This document shows, piece after piece, positions 1 to 13,754 of a stretch of 64,000 bases of DNA. Origin of the DNA: the human T2T-CHM13v2.0 reference genome, Homo sapiens; the NCBI RefSeq assembly GCF_009914755.1, contig NC_060935.1, one strand, 5' to 3'. The translations under genes and the position numbers were made by a program. Each line of letters begins with the position of its first letter. Positions within the stretch are counted from its first letter, which is position 1. The notes beneath the pieces were generated by a model, which saw only the letters and a program-made list of their open reading frames with translations, did not search any database and had not been told where the DNA came from.

Positions 1-165
1 TTATATGTTACAACATTACAATGTAATAATAATATAAATACAATGCATAATAAATGTAATGTGCTTGAATCATCCTGAAACCATTCCTTCCCGCATCCCC
101 AGTTCATGGAAAAAATTATCTTCCATGAAACCTGTCCCTGGTGCCAACAAGGTTGGGGACTACTC
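1..165 (+). mobile_element. MER1-type hAT-Charlie DNA transposon, 3' end
   Basis: taaatgtaatgtgcttgaatcatcctgaaacc...gaaacctgtccctggtgccaacaaggttggggac resembles the MER1A/B terminus. Confidence 0.8.
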
Positions 166-229
166 CTCTAAAGTAGACTTCTTCCATTAACAGTTGTGCC
201 TGGCCACAAAATGTCTTACTGATAGTGCT

Positions 230-590
230 TGCCTTATGTTGTCTCCTTTGCCTAGGATATCTTTCCTCCTTTTCTCTCCAGATATGATTAATTTTTACTT
301 ACTCCTAGGGCTTAACTTAGGCATCACATATCTAAGAAGCCTCTTGTGGCATCCATGTCAAGGTTGGCTTAGATGTATATCCTCTGTGTCTCCATAACAC
401 GTGATTCACCATTCTGTGTCACCATACATTAGAATATTAGGCTTCTGCATCTATTTTGATATCTTGAGGCTGTGAACTCCTTGAGGAAAAGGATGGTATC
501 TTATTTAGTTTATGTCTCTAATGCTTGGCACAATGCTGGCATATGGAAAGTGATCAATAAATATTGAAGAAGGAGTGAATGAATGAAAAT
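230..590 (+). mobile_element. L2 LINE 3' end
   Basis: ctgtgaactccttgagg...ggcacaatgctggcatat...caataaatattgaa...gaatgaatgaa, the typical L2 tail. Confidence 0.7.
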
Positions 591-1914
591 AAGCAAAACA
601 ATCCTAGTATGTTTCTAACAGTCTGAGTGATGAGAAGTCAGATATAGAATGTATCCATGGAAACAATATAAAAATATAAGTAGCCCTATCTCACACTTGG
701 TCAGAAGCTTCCTTATGAGGATGGCTTAGCTAAAACCACAGTGCACCCTAATCAATTCAAGTAGTCTTGAATACTGACAATGTACTAGAAGTTGCCACCT
801 AGAAAATCATATTTTGACTCCCTTAGCATCTTAGGCATATGCCAATTTGTTTCTGATAATTGGGATTGCTCCCCTAGTCAAACCACCTCATCTCTATGCC
901 ATGAATGATCTGTCTTTCTCACTCACCCAAGGGCAATTTGCCTCCTTCAAACTGTATTCTTAGGCAGAATTTAAAGGACAGCAAGCACTTCTCAACTTCT
1001 ACCTCATGAGTTGGATATTTTCCAATTATTAGTGGGGGGAGACAATTCTAGATGATTCTTCCAAGCATGAGGTGCGATTGTCTCATTTAATATACTTACT
1101 GCACTGACAGCTCTGGCCCAAACCACCTTCTGTCCTGCTTGGGGACTGTCCATTGTTCTCTAGTGTATGATTAGCAGATTACCTATCATGCAGGAAGCCA
1201 GGAAAATGAACTCACAGTAAGCCCTTCCAAAGCAAGAGTAATTCATTACCCGGCCTGATTTCCACTTAAAATGTACTTTAAGCACACTTCCAACTACAAA
1301 CCCTAAATCACCCTGTGTTCACAAAGTCCATCATTTTTTATTTTATTGCATGGCATTGGCGTGACATAATCCCTTGCAGAGCATCTCGGAGTGCTTTACA
1401 GATCAATAAATTACTTACCTGCACAGTTGAAGCAACGTCTGCAAGGCCAGCACAGACATTCTGCAGGCAGCCTGTCCTCCAGGAAGCAAGCAAGGCTGTG
1501 TGGGTGCTAAGAGTGAGCAGGGACAGGGACCAGCAAACGTATGGGTTGGTGTTGGGGGGTGGGGGAAGGAGGTGGCTGGTGCATGAGATGGGAATGCTCT
1601 AGTTAAAACTCTGAATAAAACACATCAAAGTGTCTATTTTTGCAATGATCAATTTAAATGATTCCAGAACTAAGAGAATTTAGAAGCTTGTACCCTTCAG
1701 GCAGTCAGCAAATCAAATGCTCAGTCATTAACTCATCAGTTACCTTTCTGTCCTGGAAGGCTCCATGTAGCTTTTAAAATGATATAACCATAAATGGCAT
1801 TGTTACATCTTAAAAGTCCCAGATTATAGAGCTAGCATTCTCTCTCCTCCAACCCTTGTCCATGTCCACTCTCCATTATTTCTGTCCCACCAAATGCTTA
1901 TGGGAGTGCAATTG

Positions 1915-1945
1915 AGTGTGTATGTGTATGTGTGTGTGTGTGCAT
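1915..1945 (+). repeat. Short imperfect (TG)n tract
   Basis: gtgtgtatgtgtatgtgtgtgtgtgtg read directly. Confidence 0.85.
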
Positions 1946-3665
1946 GCATATGCAGAGACACACACGCTGCCTATCTGAAGCTCAATGAGGATGGAAATCT
2001 AAAAATGATTAACTGTTGCTTACTCTGTGTAACATACCCTATTTAGGACAGCAAAAAACTAAAAAGTTAAATGAGGATCTTTTCAAATATCTTATATTAA
2101 TGTAATTTATAGTATAAAAGGAAAGGTGGGAACATGTTACATAAAAGTTTACTTTAAATGCCGTATAGGAGACACTACAGTGCTGTGGAATCCCCAGGAA
2201 GGAGAGGTCACATCCTCTTCAGGTTCATCTGGACAGCCTTATTAAAGGGGTGGTAATTCTCTCAGGCCTTGAACAATTTTAATAGATGTGGATAGGCACA
2301 GAGAAGAGTGTAAGCACTGAAGTCAGCAACAAGGGCATGGGGATAAGGAGATAGCTCAGTGCAGCACAGATAAGTACAGCACACGCTTATTAATGATGAG
2401 CATTTCAATTGGGTGGATGCAGGACATACATGGAAGGTAACACTGGAGAAGGAGAGAAGGGGAAGAAGGCTAAGATATCTTTATAAACTCCCTTTTCATG
2501 AAGGAAAAGATCCAACACAACTAGGAATGAGTGAGTAATGGTTCAAGTAGAGGCAAGACCAGCATTAAAATTTGCAAACCCATCTGATTTTAGTGTGAGG
2601 GCCCCACTCTGACCTCGCAACAAGCAATAAAGTCATCGTGCAGCTTCCCTGGGCTCTCCGGCAGGCCCGATCACATTGTAAGCCAGGTGGATGGTGTGCT
2701 TTAGAATTGCACAGCATGGTGGCTCTGAGGAATAGTTATTCAAGGAAAGAATATAACATGAAGAAACAGAAGAGTGCTGGATGGAGGGGACACTTAACTT
2801 GCCAAGAACTAAGAAGTCAAAACCAGCATCAGGAGGGTTGAAAGAATATCTGCCAATGACCCAACTCTGAGGTTGGTATGGACACGTTGCACACAGGTTG
2901 GGAAGGTGGTTCCCTTGAATAACCATTATCACTCAATTCTGTAAATATTTGTTGAGCTCTTAGCGTGGATACAGATATAAGTAACACATTGTTCAGGTCA
3001 TCAGAAAGCTCATGGCCTAGTGGGTGATGCTAAGCACATAACCATAGCATAGTGAAATAACTGTCTAGAATTGGAGTGTGGGAGCTCAGTAAATGACATC
3101 TTTACTCCATCCACTTGAATGTTAAAACACATAAGACAGATAAGTAGACACATGGAACCAAATATCACATGTTTACTAGTGGTAAAGCTGAGACTGGAGA
3201 ATTAGGCTCAGATGTGCAGCAACAATGAGGTTCTACGACTGGACCCCGGAAAGAAACGCACACACATGCAATGGCTGGATGTTCCACAGGCCCTATCCAG
3301 TCCTTGTGGGTGCTGCTTCTGAAAATAAGCACATGGAGGAGCACAACATAATATAAGCTTCAGAAGGTTCCAAAATAGAAGACCAAAGGAAGTAGACATC
3401 CTGTCTCCAACTTTACCTATTAGAATGAACCCCTTCTCTCCCTAGGGGGAGTCATTTAGTGGAGAAAGAAGGTGGGGGAGAGAGAGAGAGAGATGTTATG
3501 GCTAACTGAGGCTTAATTTGATTCCCCACCAGGTGTGTAGAATGTGCTCTGGGCACATGGATGAAGAAGCAGCAGTCAATTTGAGATGTCCAAAAGGGCA
3601 GAGAAGTATAGAGGGTAGGGAAAGTTTCAACAAAGAAAGTGGCATTTGCTTTGGGCCTTAAGGAT

Positions 3666-3936
3666 GGCTGCGCGTGCACTTTGATAGGCTGAGGCTGGTG
3701 AATTGCTTGAGCTCAGGAGTTTGAGACCAGTCTGGGCACATGGCAAAACCTTGTCTCTACAAGAATAAACATAAACATTAACAAGGAATGGCGGCACATG
3801 CCTGCAGTCCCAGCTACTTGGACTGAGGTGGGATTGTTTGAGCATGGGAGGTCAAGGCTTCAGTGAGCCATATTTGCACCACTGCACTCCAGCCTGGGTG
3901 ACAAAGTGAAACCCTGTCTCAAAATAAAAATGAAAA
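3666..3936 (+). mobile_element. Old Alu (AluJ-like), 5' end partly deleted
   Basis: Dimeric Alu with J-type features (ttgagctcaggagtttgag, ggtcaaggcttcagtgagccat) and an A-rich tail at 3921-3936. Confidence 0.88.
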
Positions 3937-4059
3937 CGAGAATGGCTGGGAGTTGCCCAGGAAGGATAAAAGGAACAATATGAACCCAAATACTTTATGC
4001 CCAGACAGGGCATGATGGAGAACAAGGGAGTCAGCAGAGGTGGGATCACTGGGGATGGC

Positions 4060-4320
4060 CATGGAAAGGTGGGCTGATGCTTGATTCTGCATGGCCTCAT
4101 GCCTAGAAGGAGTCAGGCTATGACCAGGTGGCCATGGGGAGCCACTGGAGCTGTTTAGACAGAGATGTGATATGATCAGAATTGCATTCTTTCAAGACAT
4201 CGCTGAATGCAGTGTGGAGGATGGCTCGTGGATATGTGTTGGAGGTGGGTGGGGGTGAGTGGATACAGGAAGAGGGTGGAGGCTAGGAGAACAGCTATTC
4301 CAGTGTTGCAGTAGAATTTA
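4060..4320 (-). mobile_element. L2 fragment
   Basis: ggagccactggag...gatatgatcaga...gcagtgtggaggatgg...ggaggctaggaga pattern typical of antisense L2. Confidence 0.55.
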
Positions 4321-4542
4321 TTCCCATTCGGACTCCCTGACTTTGTGTTTAAATAGGAGGAAATCAAAGCTAAATTAAAGGTAAGACTTTTTTATGTTTA
4401 AGGTAATTCCTCTAATTTCTTATCGTTAACTTACTGTAGTCCATATATTTTACTCTCTGGACTGTTCTGCCAACTACCATGTTAAGACAACTAAGAAATG
4501 TTTCAGGAGGATTTTTATTTTCATTCTGTCTTGTTTCCACAG

Positions 4543-4668
4543 TATCTCCCAAAATTGTAGAGATTTCTTCAGATATCTCCATTAATGAAGGGAACAATAT
4601 TAGCCTCACCTGCATAGCAACTGGTAGACCAGAGCCTACGGTTACTTGGAGACACATCTCTCCCAAAG
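4543..4668 (+). CDS. NTM: Internal coding exon of neurotrimin (N-terminal half of Ig-like domain 2), 126 nt, phase 1-1
   Basis: Translation (V)[41 protein letters not shown] matches neurotrimin as I recall it, with the Ig LTC...W motif. Acceptor ttctgtcttgtttccacAG (AG 4541-4542); donor AAG|GTAAGA (GT 4669-4670). Confidence 0.96.
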
Positions 4669-5347
4669 GTAAGAGAACAGTTTGTTGCATTGCATCATGA
4701 GGATAAATGGGGGAATTTTGGGCCTTTGGTAGGAGGTTATGGGTGCTGATACCTACTCCAGAGGAGTCTACGTTTTTGGTGGCTTGATGGTAATCTACTC
4801 ATGGCTCTGCAGAGAACGTTGATGTTCTCTGCAAAACAGCCATACCCTCTAAGATTTCAGAATTCATACCTCAGTATCTCTCCAGTCCCTTGGAAATTAA
4901 TCTCTGTTGTCTCTGGGTGAAATGGTGGTAAGGTGTTCTGGGTGAACTTTACATGTTGTTTGATGATGGAACAAAGCTTTAGTGGCAATTGTTCAGCTGG
5001 TTGTTTTAAAATAGAGAAAACACATAATGATGGGTGAGAGCTTTAAATGGCCATATTCCTAAAAGGAGATTCTCCAAGTCTGTGCCTCTGCAGCCTTGCC
5101 AAAAATCTGGTCACGAGCTGTTTTTGTGGTTTTGTTGTTGTTTTACTCCGATTGATCCTAGAGAACAAATATAACTTAATATGTGACTAAATTGCAAAAA
5201 TTTACTTTATCTGAATGCTCAGATGTTACGTAGACCAAAGTGTTGTTTTGTGCTTTCATGGATTGTACATTAAAACCTTTAGAATTTGAGACAAGATGTC
5301 ATTTATTATTAAGCTAGCTTTTATTTGGGAACAAGAAAGATAAAAAT

Positions 5348-5620
5348 ATTTCATTCTTAAATATTTATTGAGTGCTTGTAATAGTCCAGCCTCTCTTCTA
5401 GGCACTGGGGGTTACAGCAATAAGCCAAAGCGGTGAAGTTTTCACACTCATGAACTCACATTCTCATGAGACAGATGACAAAAAAAAAAAGAGTATGCAA
5501 TATAACAGGTGGTATTAAGGGTGAGAAAATAGAACAGGATGTGTTGACAGAATGACAAGAGCTTTCTTCAGAGAAGGGCTCTGAAAAGAAGATATTTGTG
5601 CAGAGACATGAACAGTGGTC
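5348..5620 (-). mobile_element. L2 3' end (antisense)
   Basis: ttcattcttaaatatttattgagtgct...ctaggcactggggg...ctcatgaactcacattct. Confidence 0.75.
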
Positions 5621-5699
5621 CTTAATTGTGTTGCTTATTGCTGATTAATGTGAAATGTGTGTATGTGATTATGTATGTATATATGTGCCGGTGTGCACA

Positions 5700-6092
5700 G
5701 ATGGATGAAGGTGTGTGATTGGCATGAAAGACGCATATTAGGGGGTGCTTTTGGTCTCAACTCCCATGGAAGGGAAAAGTGGGAAACAGAATTGGGCAGG
5801 TTAGAAGCTGGCTTGTGCAGTAGGACATCTCGGCTGAGCCTACGGGGAGCTCTGAAGCTAGGATTGCCCTTCAGAAGGTTCCCTTATTGAGGTGATGGAG
5901 CTGGTCCTCTACATCGGCACAGCAGTCCAAATGTAGGCTGATCCCCAAACAGGTGTGACTGTGGGCCAGGCATCTCTCTTCACATGAGACACAGGGGGCT
6001 GACCACCGAGGGCTATCCACCAGCAGCCGGTCCTTCTGTGAGGCATAAGTCCTCTGCTCCTGAAGGTGACTGTGCATGACAGTGTCCACTAT
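5700..6092 (-). mobile_element. LTR16-type (ERVL) solo LTR
   Basis: Reverse complement contains ctgaagggcaatcctagcttcagagctccccgtagg...ctgcccaattctg...agcaccccctaata, resembling the LTR16 consensus. Confidence 0.7.
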
Positions 6093-6160
6093 ACTTCAAC
6101 ATTTTAATAAATCAGAGTAAGACTATGAAGGGGCCCCAAGTACCAAATTCTAGACAGTGA

Positions 6161-6553
<393 letters not shown>

Positions 6554-9139
6554 GGGCCACCATTCTTGACACTGTAACTGTGAACAAGGGGTCTTTGAAA
6601 GCTATTCATGTGTCTGCCAGTCTCTCCATTTGAAATGACCTCACATGTGGACTGGCCCAAAATCAGGGAGGAAGCTTCAGCTGTGCATGAGATCATTAGT
6701 GATGGAAAATGGCCCTGGGCCCTTCTGAAGGAGGGGCCATTCAGACAGGTGCATGCTAAGTCCGCGGTGTGCACCATTCATCACAGCCTGATGTGAGTCC
6801 CCAGTGCTGGCGGATGCCAGCCCAGTCTGTGCCTTTGGAGTCTGCAGAACATTTATCATCAGGGTAAGCTTCCTGTGCCTGATGTCAAGAGGCTCTGTCT
6901 TCTGTTTGATGTCTCTTCTCATTCCCTCATCTGGCCAGTTCTTTGTCCTTTTCTGGGTGTTTCTTCCCCCACTTCTCCTGCATGCGTCTCCTTTTTGTCC
7001 TGCCATTTTATGCCTATAACTTCCCGATAAGTTATTTTTGTTGTTGTTCTATGCTTTGGCTTTCTCTTGCAGCGTCTGAAATGTTTCTGCTTTAATTTCA
7101 TTATTTTCCACATTCTCTCTTCCCTCCTTGCAATTGTTTGTTGTCTTCCCCTCTGACATTTGAGCCTCTTGGGTTTGCCTGGCTGATGTTCACAAGGCTG
7201 TGTGTTAGAGTCTTTTGTTTCCCCTTTTGTGACCATCGAACAGATTCATTTCCCAAGGGAACTTTTGCCTGAGCCTGGGCCAGGTGTCCCATTTTACTGA
7301 GGTTTTAGCTGCTATGGAAACAGAAGATGGAGCAAGGAAAGAGGAGCAGGACAATCAGAATGTACCTGTGGATTAATTTACATGAACAGTGTTTTCCAGA
7401 TCTCAGGTCCAGTTTAGTTATCCCGGATTCAAAATGATGAGACATGCCAAGCAATAACTAATCACCTCAGAACTCACCAGAGTGCCATTTCCCAGTGACT
7501 GATTATTTGGAGATCAGAGATGTCACTTGGCTGCTGCCCAATATGAACTGAAGCTGGAGACCCTCAACAGTCAGGCCTTCATCTTTCCCCAGTAGTATTT
7601 CCTAAAGGAGGCTTATTCTAAATAAACCAGGATGGGCTTGGTGTTCCTTGGAGAAGAAGATCTGCACCTTAGCGGAGGCTCCAAAGAAAGAGCGCTGTTG
7701 TCATCTTTTGTGTCATTCTTCGAGGGTAGATCACAGTTCCATCAAGATCTTTCTTACATGCGAACCTGCCAAATCCCTGGATGAACAGCTGATCAGGGCT
7801 AAGCTCTTTCAGCAACCCTGATGACTTCATTGCATTTTTTCTCTCCAGACTGATCTGTTTGTTCTGTACATTTCTTAAAAGTCCTTGTTTCCTTCATTAT
7901 CACTTATGTGGTGCTGCTTGCGATAAACTTATATAAACCTCTTTAAATTGTGCATTTCTAGTCTTGACTACCTTGTGTGGAAAGGAGTACAGAAATGTTA
8001 AGGACTATTTTAGACGTGGCTCATACACTTTGATATAGGGGCAGCTTAGGAGTGACCATCAGGTGGAAACGGAGATGGAGGGCCCTGTGTAGCACTTTAT
8101 ATCAGATAGAGAAAATGTCAGTTGTGCATGTCCAGTACAGAGAGGGAGGTAGGACCTCCAAGGCCACCTCTTGGCACTTCCATTGATTGTTTGAATAATT
8201 TCCGTATATTATTATGGGCATTATGCCTTTGTAGTTCCCTTCAGGAATTTATCAGAATTCAAAGAGAAAGTGAGCTAGCTTTTTAAAGATTCCTGCCCTG
8301 ACTCTGCACAACTGGTTTGAGATGGGCCGATGTTGTTTGCATCTGCAGAGACCTTGGTCTTTTCAGGAGGAAGAGCCCCCATCTCACTCCTCTCACTAGC
8401 AGGAGCCATCTCCATCCACATGAAGGCTTATTGACCCCAAGCCGGAGTCCTTCTAAGTGCTAGCATAGGGTACTAGGTGCACAGGCACCGTTGGTGGAAC
8501 CCTAACCTTCTGTAGGTAGAAAAAAGGAACAGGGCAGCCAACTGCCCACTGTGCCTGGTGTCATGACTCTGTGCTTTGCCCTTTGTCTACATCTAGACCT
8601 TCAAGAATGTGTTTTTTAGCACATCCCTTAAACTCTCAGCTTTCTGTCTCCAATAGAAAAACGTTCATGCTGTCTGGTTCTCCTGAGTCTTCACTATGTA
8701 AATAGAAGCATGATCTCTTTCAATATACTCCAAAAGATGCTGTGTTGGACCTCACTCTTCATAGAAAAGCATTCTGAAAGCCTTATTGTTATGTTACCAG
8801 TTTCAGTTGGATTGTAAGAGCTTTAAAGACAAGTCTAGGATTCCTACATTGCCACATTCCTGAGAGCCCAAAATGAAACTCAGGTGAGGGAGTGAGTCTC
8901 ATCACTTATCTGTGGGTGTCACTATCCATTTGCAGCCAGGGATCACTGAGTGTCCTAATGGAGCTCCCATCTTGGGTGCACTTACCTTCACCTTTCTGTC
9001 ATCAAACAAGACACTGACAATAAAAACCTCATCTAGGCTACCTAGATAACACGTTGTACTGAGATATTGGTAGGGATATTCAGCAAAGCCCTGCAAGGTG
9101 TTCACAGAAATGTCCTCCTTTCCAGTTTATTTTCAATGT

Positions 9140-9262
9140 CCCTGTCCCATGAGTTCTTTGAGATCAGAGTTTGCATCTCACTTCTCTTTGATTCTCTCCT
9201 TCTAGCACAATGCCTAGCACCTAGGAAGTGTTTAATAAATATTGGTCAGTTCAGTGAACAAG
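9140..9262 (+). mobile_element. L2 3' end
   Basis: ctagcacaatgcctagcacctaggaagtgtttaataaatattgg. Confidence 0.7.
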
Positions 9263-9856
9263 CACTGATATTTGCCAATGCCCCAAAGAGGCATGCCTGT
9301 TCTCCCAGTTCAAAGACTATCTTGATCCTTCAGAAGTTGTCCTTCACTTTGATGTTGGCATGGAGACCTGGAGTGTTTCTGGCTGGCGAGTCTCCAGGAC
9401 ATTTTCTCTGGTCTTCACAAGATCTCCAAGCCTTTCCTGAAGTCCCCTTGAGGGGACCTTGCTGTGGCAGGACTCAACTTGTCCTTGAAGAAGAAACTCC
9501 TTTTCAAGTTTCCTTTTGCAAGAAGAGAGGAGGCTCACAGGTGACTTGGACAGTGGGTCATCCATGAGCTTCCTTCTGCTGTCATGGCTGCCTCATTGCA
9601 ACTGCTCTTCATCTGGCCATTCTAGTGGGCATCTGGCCCTTTTGGTGCCTTGCTGTACCAAGTACTCCTGTGTCTAAACCCCGGATGACTCCCAACCACT
9701 ATTTCCTAAGGCAATCCCGATATCACCTGGGGGATTATTTCAACTGTATATGAAAATTTGCCATTCCTTATAGGTTAACTAAAGAAAAAGGAAAAGAAAG
9801 AAATCAATCGGTAGAAAAAAGAAAAGTACTTTAAATTCAGTTCCACTCTTGTGCCT

Positions 9857-9873
9857 CTTTCTCTCTCTCTCTC

Positions 9874-9930
<57 letters not shown>

Positions 9931-9947
9931 GGGGTGTGTGTGTGTGT
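9857..9947 (+). repeat. Compound (TC)n-(TG)n microsatellite
   Basis: (TC) run ~9860-9876, then (TG)n 9880-9947 with TATG interruptions. Confidence 0.95.
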
Positions 9948-11559
9948 TTCTCAGGTTCTCTCTTTCTCTCTTTTTCCTTCTTTCTCTCTGCCTCCTGATA
10001 TATGAATTGAGGTGGGTTAGAGATCAAAAGAGATCTTCCCTAGGGTGATATAAAGACCCTGGGGGCAGAATTAGAGCAGAGCCTTCTGTCTGTTGGATTC
10101 CAAGCCAAGCCCTTGTTCTGCAAGCCTTTCTCTTTACCTAACGTGAAGTGGGTACATCTGCGTGGCCTACTCTCCATACCAACAGGGCTCAGTAACCTTC
10201 CTCAGCTGCCAGATCTCTTCCTTCCCACCTCAGTTCTCCTTTTCTACTTGAAGAGGTCCAGTGGACATTTGACTGCCCTGTTTCTTTTTTCTGGAGTTTT
10301 AAAAGGCACCAAATTGATGGAGGCAAAGTGACACCCGGATAAGAGTTCTCCTGGCCAATGCCCTGAGCCCTGTGCTCCCCCTCCCCTTCCCCAATATCCT
10401 CACCCCACCATACATCCACCTATTTTCCTATTTGTAAGCACTGACAAGGCCTTCTCCTAGCCAAGCAGGACACTAAAGCACTAATTGGCACTAGAGGTAT
10501 CACAGCTTGAGTTCAACCAGAGCTGGCAGGTTCCATGACTCCAGTGACAGCTCTGTGAAAAAGTGTCAGGAGCAGAGCTCTGGCGTGCCATCGGCTGACT
10601 GCAGCACCCTGGAACTAATGAGCAGCCTGTCAGCACCAGCATCCGGGGCCCCGTGTGGCGCTGAGATCATTAGAATGGCAGAGGAGAAAGACTTCCTCAG
10701 CAAAGAGGAGCTGGGGAGGGGAGAAGAGGGCAAAATGGAACTAAAGATATCACCTTACCCACAGAGGGCAACCACCCAACACCAAAGGACTGAGAAGAAA
10801 AAGGGAGAAAGAGAGAAAGCAAAAGTTTTTCTAAATCCATCTATGCCAATTCTAGACAACTCTTGGAATCTCCTTTTGGTTGGGTTGCCCTGTCAGTAAT
10901 CAATATGGGCTGTAAATCCTTGCAATAATCCAAGAAGGGGCCTCAGTGATTAAATTAACTCTTTAGTCTTGGCTGTGCTCTGAAACCTGGAAGTCGCCCA
11001 AGTCTCTAGGAAAGAGGGACCTAGGGCGTAAGGCAAGACTTGAGATCTTAGTCTTTTTGCTATTTGTCAGGGCAGGCTCTCTACCTAGGGTATCTCCTGC
11101 ACTGCCAGCTGCCTGCCTATCTTCTGCTAGAGTATCAGAATCCAGGAGAGACAATTAATAGAAGGAGTTTTCGCTCTGTTATTCCTTCCCAGAGGGAGGT
11201 AGGGGGACTAGTCAGTGTGTCCACTCTGTATCTGCTTCCTGAGGCCAAGTATGAATTATCCATCTTGTTCGTTCTTCTGCTTCAGGACCAGAACTGGGCC
11301 TTCAGGTCTGAGCATTAAGCAATGCCTGGCTCTTCTCTGAGGCTTCTGCTACTAACAATGACTGCATTTCCATGAGCAAAGGCAGCAATGTGTCTGAAAG
11401 AGATAGGCTTTGAAGGCAGGTCCAAGGGGATTTGTATTCCCTTGCACTACTCACTGGCTGGGTCATGCTGGAGTAGTGATAAACCTCTCTGAAGATGTGC
11501 TTCTTTATTAATTTCATTCTTGCTTCTTGGCGTGAACCCTGGCGTTTTCATGATTTGGT

Positions 11560-11965
11560 TCTAGACCCCATTTTCTCCACACACCACAGTCACACTAACA
11601 ACTTGGCATTCTCCACACACTAGATGTCTTTGACTTTGCACACCCCATCTGTTCTCCTTCCATCCCCCCTACTTCTTTTGGTTTGAGTTCTGCCCTTGTT
11701 TCAAGACCATACTCAAGTGCTACCAGTTTGAAAGCCTCTGGTGACTTTCTTCAGGCAGAGTGATTCACCCATTTCTTTGAGATCCCACAGCACTTTGCGT
11801 GCATTTCCAACTATGGCACCTCTTACAGGTACTCAAGGGCCTCTGACTACTCCTGTCATGCCAGGGATCATGGCAGCCAGGAACCACCCTAATGCTGTTT
11901 TGTCTTTAGTGTCTGATAAAGCACCAGATGTTTTGGGGTCTTGTAAATGATTGTTGAATGAGGAA
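11560..11965 (+). mobile_element. Degenerate L2 3' region
   Basis: ttcaagaccatactcaagtgctacc...cccacagcactttg...gtaaatgattgttgaatga. Confidence 0.55.
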
Positions 11966-12174
11966 GTATCTGATACTGTAGATGTAGTTTTCAGTCCCTT
12001 TCTAAAATTAAGTCTCTCTTAATTTAATATGTATAATATTATATTATTAAAGGTAATATAATATAATAATGTATCTCTTTGCATCAGTTTGGACTGTGGA
12101 TCATCTCATATTTCCCAAACCAATCAAAGGAATTCATAAGAAAAGGCCCTCCCCCCCCACTGTCTTCCTCATGT

Positions 12175-12318
12175 GTACTCAAGTCTGAGCTTTAGACTCT
12201 GTGAAATAGAGATAATAATACCTTCCCACATGGATATGACAAGGATTAAACACGTGCACCAATGGAAAGCTCCTGGCCCCATAACAACACATAGTATGTG
12301 TCCAATAATGTTAGCTTG
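12175..12318 (+). mobile_element. MIR SINE
   Basis: ctgtgaaatagagataataataccttcc...aggattaaa...caataatgttagct. Confidence 0.65.
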
Positions 12319-13754
12319 CAGACCTTCAGCCAGCCCCCTCCTCTTCACTCCCACCCGTGAGAAAAGAACGGAAGGGAAGGAAACTCAAGTTATTTTTTTT
12401 CTGAAAAGATTGAATCTTTATAAAAGCTCAACTCAGTCCATTGCCAAAATGGATAGATATTCAAAGGTGCTTAATCAGCACCACTATCATCTCCACCATT
12501 TTCTAATTAACATAGGTGCTTGATTAAAATTCCCAGTACCCCAAGAAGCTATCCCAGGAGGGCCAAGTAATTGCCATTGCAAAAGATATTACAGTAGTCA
12601 TTGATGGTGGGAGAACAAAAAAATAATTGCATCATAATGGAAAGTGGCCAGCTTCCTGTTCAGAGTACCTGTGAAACATAGAGCATTAGGTTCAATATAT
12701 ACAGAAAAAAAGGGATTAATTGTGACAAAGATAAACCAGTGGTACAACCTCAAATTGGGGAAAAGTGTCCAGGAACTCCTTACATAAGTGGCTTAAACAC
12801 AGACAGGCAGACCAAGGTGGGAGAGAAAAAAGCAGAGGAAGACATTTATAGATCACTCTTTAACTCTGTCATTCTCTTTAACTGTAAAATTACTGCTAGA
12901 TAGATGCAGTTAGGGTAAAATTTGCCAGTGTCAATAGGGGTTTTTGTAAATTTAATATTTATGATCTGGTTTAAAGCATTATTATAGCTGTGTAACTTCC
13001 TACTTCAAAGAAGAGAGAAATAATAAAAAGACTAGTGGGGAAATTAATGAGTTCAATGTGCTGAATTGAGAACATATGAAATCAAGCCTCATTCTAGAAA
13101 CCAAGGGCAGGAGTGCATACCACAGACACTGTTTGTGGTTTTACCCAATTATTTTAAAACCCTTGGAAAATATTGTAGAATCAGATGTCTGCTGAATTCA
13201 GACATTGCTAACAGCATCCTCCCCCACACTCTCCAGAGTCTTAAGCTATTTATGCCTGTACTTGGTGACCGTTACCATGCAGAACTGTCTTGATGGAACA
13301 AATAAAGGAAACATAATAGCAAGAAGATTGTATCATCCTCCCCACAGAAGCCAACCAGCCATAGCTCAGTAAGATGCAAAGTCTCATTAAAATGGTAGCC
13401 CCTACAGGGCAGGAGACCCCATCTCTCAACCAGCACCCATAAGAGTCAGCACCGCCTGGGAGTATGAGAAGGTCCTTAGTGGGATGTCCCACCGCCCATC
13501 ACAACCAGGGTACCTCCTCGAGTCACACCGCTGTAGACCAGCTAAAGGCTTGGGGAGTTTCTTGTGTAGGACCCTCCGAGCACTGCCAACCAAGCTGGGA
13601 GAAACTTTCGGATGAAAACGTCCATATCACTAGGTCCTCAGGTGTATTTTTCTGACTTTGTGCCTACTTTCAGATCCTGAGTCTTGTTTTGACCCATGAC
13701 GACTGCCTTTCTCCTGGAGTCTAAATAACACCAGAGGCAGTATCATTCAATCAT

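Larger units (their letters stand above)
1..4542 (+). other. NTM: 3' part of the NTM intron upstream of the exon
   Basis: Ends in the polypyrimidine tract/AG at 4541-4542; no other IgLON coding sequence recognised. Confidence 0.9.

Noticed and set aside
128-148. REST/RE1-like CTGTCC-c-TGGTGC
   Set aside because: Lies in the MER1 terminus and lacks both flanks of the 21-bp RE1 consensus.
4412-4690. 92-aa antisense ORF over the exon
   Set aside because: Shadow ORF on the opposite strand of a real coding exon; no independent support.
4479-4700. 73-aa ORF as a standalone gene
   Set aside because: It is the NTM exon plus in-frame intronic flanks; the true boundaries are the splice sites at 4543 and 4668.
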